From: Tubiluchus corallicola
Taxonomy: Eukaryota; Animalia; Priapulida
Direction: 5' to 3'
DNA length: 64,000 nt
Assembly: GCA_030141605.1 (NCBI GenBank)
Contig: JAQGDQ010000008.1
Span: 372,001 to 436,000 of the forward strand
The translations under genes were made by a program, and so were the position numbers. Below the pieces are notes generated by a model. That model had not been told where the DNA came from. It made no database searches and worked only from the letters and a program-made list of their open reading frames with translations. Of this stretch, positions 62,701 to 64,000 are shown in pieces. Every line of letters starts with the position of its first letter. Positions within the stretch are counted from its first letter, which is position 1.

Positions 62701-63985
62701 CAGAAATCTTTTCATGATTGTCGTTAAGATAGGGTTATGCGATTATCGATTTTTAAAGTAAACCTCGATATGTATTTCTTTAATTGTTTGTGTCTCACTA
62801 CTTTGAACTTTAATCATTTTTATTTAAACATTCGTACTTCCTATTTCAAATGTTCACAAACCAACAATAAAAAACAGGCAAATTTGATTAAAATGTGGCC
62901 ACAATAAAATACATCATTATTTCATTCAAGTAACATTTCTATTCACTTATAACTTGAGAACAATAGTGTGATTCACACATTACAAATTTCACAAATATAA
63001 GGCATTAGTTTAATAAATGTTTACTTACATACTACCATTTACATGAATAGCATAATTATCACAAGTAGCACAATGCACTAAAGCACAATAATCGCCTTAG
63101 GAGGCACAATATAAATTCAATTTAGCTGCACCATAATGTTAACTATAATTTAGCACTATAGGCCTATATAGAGGGACTTGCTCTATAACCAGTGAAAGCT
63201 AAGAGAGTCATCCCCGTTGCTCATGTCGAGTGGCCTTATATAAACTTTTCCTTCGTAAATTAATCTAAATAGTGGGCTTCATGCAATGCATACTTGTATG
63301 GTCTGAAACTACCTACAGACCTATTCTAAGGGCAAATCAAAATTTAACATTCAAGGCTATATTATAAGAGTGTAATTAACGGAAAATGCAGTAATTAGAA
63401 AAAATGCTAGAGAATTTAGGGGGATTTTATAGACACATAAAATTAAATTTATCTTTGGGAAACATATCGCATGGGAAACATGCGATTTCTCAACAAAAAT
63501 ATCTAATGAATAAATATCTAATTGACAGAAAAATGCAAATTGCACTGCAATAAGATAGGCACTAACTGGAACAAAAATGTTCTTAGTGCCGCAAAATACT
63601 GCATATTTAAGGCAAAAGGTTTTGCATGCAGGTAGCCTTACTGTAGTGACAGTCACTCAAGATACCCAACACCCAAGATAACTATAGTCCACTGCTGCTA
63701 GCTTAAAGCACAGACTTGCTCAGTGGCCAAGAGTTAACATGTTAAAAAAAGCAAATATAAAATATAAAAAATAAACTTATCATTACAACAGTGTGTCAGG
63801 TGAAAAGTGAAGCTACACCTGCTTCAGTAAGCGAGTGATCTAATGCATGCTTACCTCATTTTTGCAATCCTTGTGGTGTTTTCATAACCTTCCAGAAAAG
63901 CCTCTTTCCTTGCTGGCAGTGAAACTATAGGCACAGTTTCTAGCTTTTGCTCACTGGAAGTTGCTGATATGCCATCCAACGACAT
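59758..63985 (-). CDS. Last two visible coding exons of an unidentified gene convergent with MGAT1
   Basis: Exon 63985-63855 (MSLDGISATSSEQKLETVPIVSLPARKEAFLEGYENTTRIAKM, donor ag|gtaagc; the other two frames are closed) and exon from 59794 (acceptor tgtttttag), giving ..SGQKFSKQWKKA* if joined directly. Confidence 0.55.
60300..62383 (-). mobile_element. Tigger/pogo copy (family of 50927) retaining the transposase C-terminus, interrupted by a nested element
   Basis: TA|CAGTAGGCACCACTTAATAGACTCAC ... TCAATTAAGCGGCGCCTACTG|TA; minus-strand KMKQPTLKEFL* at about 60672-60707. Confidence 0.88.
61175..62255 (+). mobile_element. Second Tigger/pogo family, deletion derivative nested in the 60300 element
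   Basis: Perfect 23-bp TIR CAGTCTAGCCTCGTTATCTCGCC and TA TSD; HTH remnant EQKKEICIYH..TQQEI..FSAKFG lies directly next to the C-terminal ..AVDTLMRYFEQ..MKQSSLLNYFSRQ*. Confidence 0.93.
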
Positions 63986-64000
63986 CTGAACGGCATGCAT

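Overview
AT-rich, intron-rich eukaryotic (invertebrate metazoan-like) DNA, not prokaryotic; most short ORFs in the six-frame track are noise. Four genes can be built by hand from splice sites. (1) A Fer/Fes (Fps) F-BAR-SH2-tyrosine kinase on the minus strand has 12 coding exons at 14796->4183; the rest of its kinase domain must lie left of the window. (2) A Golgi carbohydrate 6-O-sulfotransferase (CHST1/3/5-like) lies on the plus strand, apparently nested antisense in a Fer intron. (3) A complete, intron-rich MGAT1 (GnT-I) runs 44715-58348 on the plus strand, with a candidate 24-nt GC-donor microexon. (4) The 3' end of an unidentified minus-strand gene converges on MGAT1. Introns and the Fer-MGAT1 intergenic region are a transposon graveyard: CR1/L2- and RTE-type LINE fossils, a BEL/Pao LTR retrotransposon whose Gag starts with a SAP DNA-binding domain, nested Tigger/pogo elements, hAT and Harbinger MITEs with readable TSDs, foldback-like elements, a CMC/Chapaev-like fossil, and a tandem Helitron-like array with serial 3' terminators around a CA-rich satellite. 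All calls come from manual reading; no searches were run.
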